Below are positions 63,326 through 64,000 of a stretch of 64,000 bases of DNA, in pieces (position 1 is the stretch's first letter; the number at the start of each line of letters is the position of its first letter). The notes under the pieces were generated by a model. It was given only the letters and a program-made list of their open reading frames with translations, ran no database searches and had not been told where the DNA came from. The position numbers and the translations under genes are program-made. The stretch comes from Mobula hypostoma (taxonomy: Eukaryota): contig NC_086109.1 of assembly GCF_963921235.1 (NCBI RefSeq), positions 31,250,001 through 31,314,000 of the forward strand, in the 5' to 3' direction.

Positions 63326-64000
63326 CACTGTACACCCATGATTGTGTAGCCAAGTTTCCATCGAACTTAATATCTAAGTTTGCTGATGGCACCACAATTG
63401 CAGGCCGTATCTCGGGTAATGATCAGTTTGAATACAGAGAGGAAATTGAGAACCTGGTGGCATGGTGCGAAGACAATAACCTATCCCTCAATGTCAGCAA
63501 AACGAAGGAATTAGTTGTTGACTTCAGAAGGAGTAGCGGACTGCACGACCCCATTTACATCAGTGGTGCGCAAGTGGAACAGGTCAAAAGCTTTAAGTTC
63601 CTCGGGGTCAATATCACAAATGACCTGACTTGGTCCAACCAAGCAGAGTCCACTGCCAAGAAGGCCCACCAGCGCCTTTACTTCCTGAGGAAGCTAAGGA
63701 AATTTGGCCTGTCCCCTAAAACCCTCACTAATTTTTATAGATGCACTGTAGAAAGCATTCTTCTGGGGTGCATCACAACCTGGTATGGAAGTTGTCCTGT
63801 CCTAGACCGCAAGAAGCTGCAGAAGATCGTGAACACAGCCCAGCACATCACACAAACCAATCTTCCGTCCTTGGACTCAGTTTACACTGCACGCTGTCAG
63901 AGCAATGCTGCCAGGATAATCAAGGACACAACCCACCCAGCCAACACAATTTTCGTCCCTCTTCCCTCCGGGAGAAGGTTCAGGAGCTTGAAAACTCATG
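63326..64000 (+). mobile_element. Rex1/Babar-type LINE fragment running off the window
   Basis: LYTHDC..KFADGTTIAGRISGND..WCEDNNLSLNVSKTKELVVDFRR..KAHQRLYFLRKL. Confidence 0.9.

Noticed and set aside
1..64000. A prokaryote-style multi-gene system (defence island, operon)
   Set aside because: No operon structure or intact non-transposon ORFs; all long ORFs are explained by eukaryotic transposons

Overview
Eukaryotic, repeat-dominated DNA with no intact host gene that I can support. The transposon set (CR1, Rex1/Babar, Neptune-type Penelope, V-SINE, Gypsy, BEL/Pao, Buster-type hAT) points to a vertebrate, most likely a cartilaginous fish; this is inference. Most predicted ORFs are decayed transposon frames or noise. 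Main observations: (1) an intronless, decayed copy of the RRM region of splicing factor RBM25 sits inside a Gypsy element in place of most of pol; (2) a candidate HDV-like ribozyme, with an extra hairpin in L3, lies at the 5' end of a non-coding RTE-type element; (3) Penelope-derived units are arranged as inverted pairs, flanked by 13-14 bp TSDs, with a minimal hammerhead ribozyme motif at each end; (4) there are several deeply nested insertions with readable TSDs. All family calls come from motif recognition by eye, not database searches. Boundaries without a TSD are approximate.
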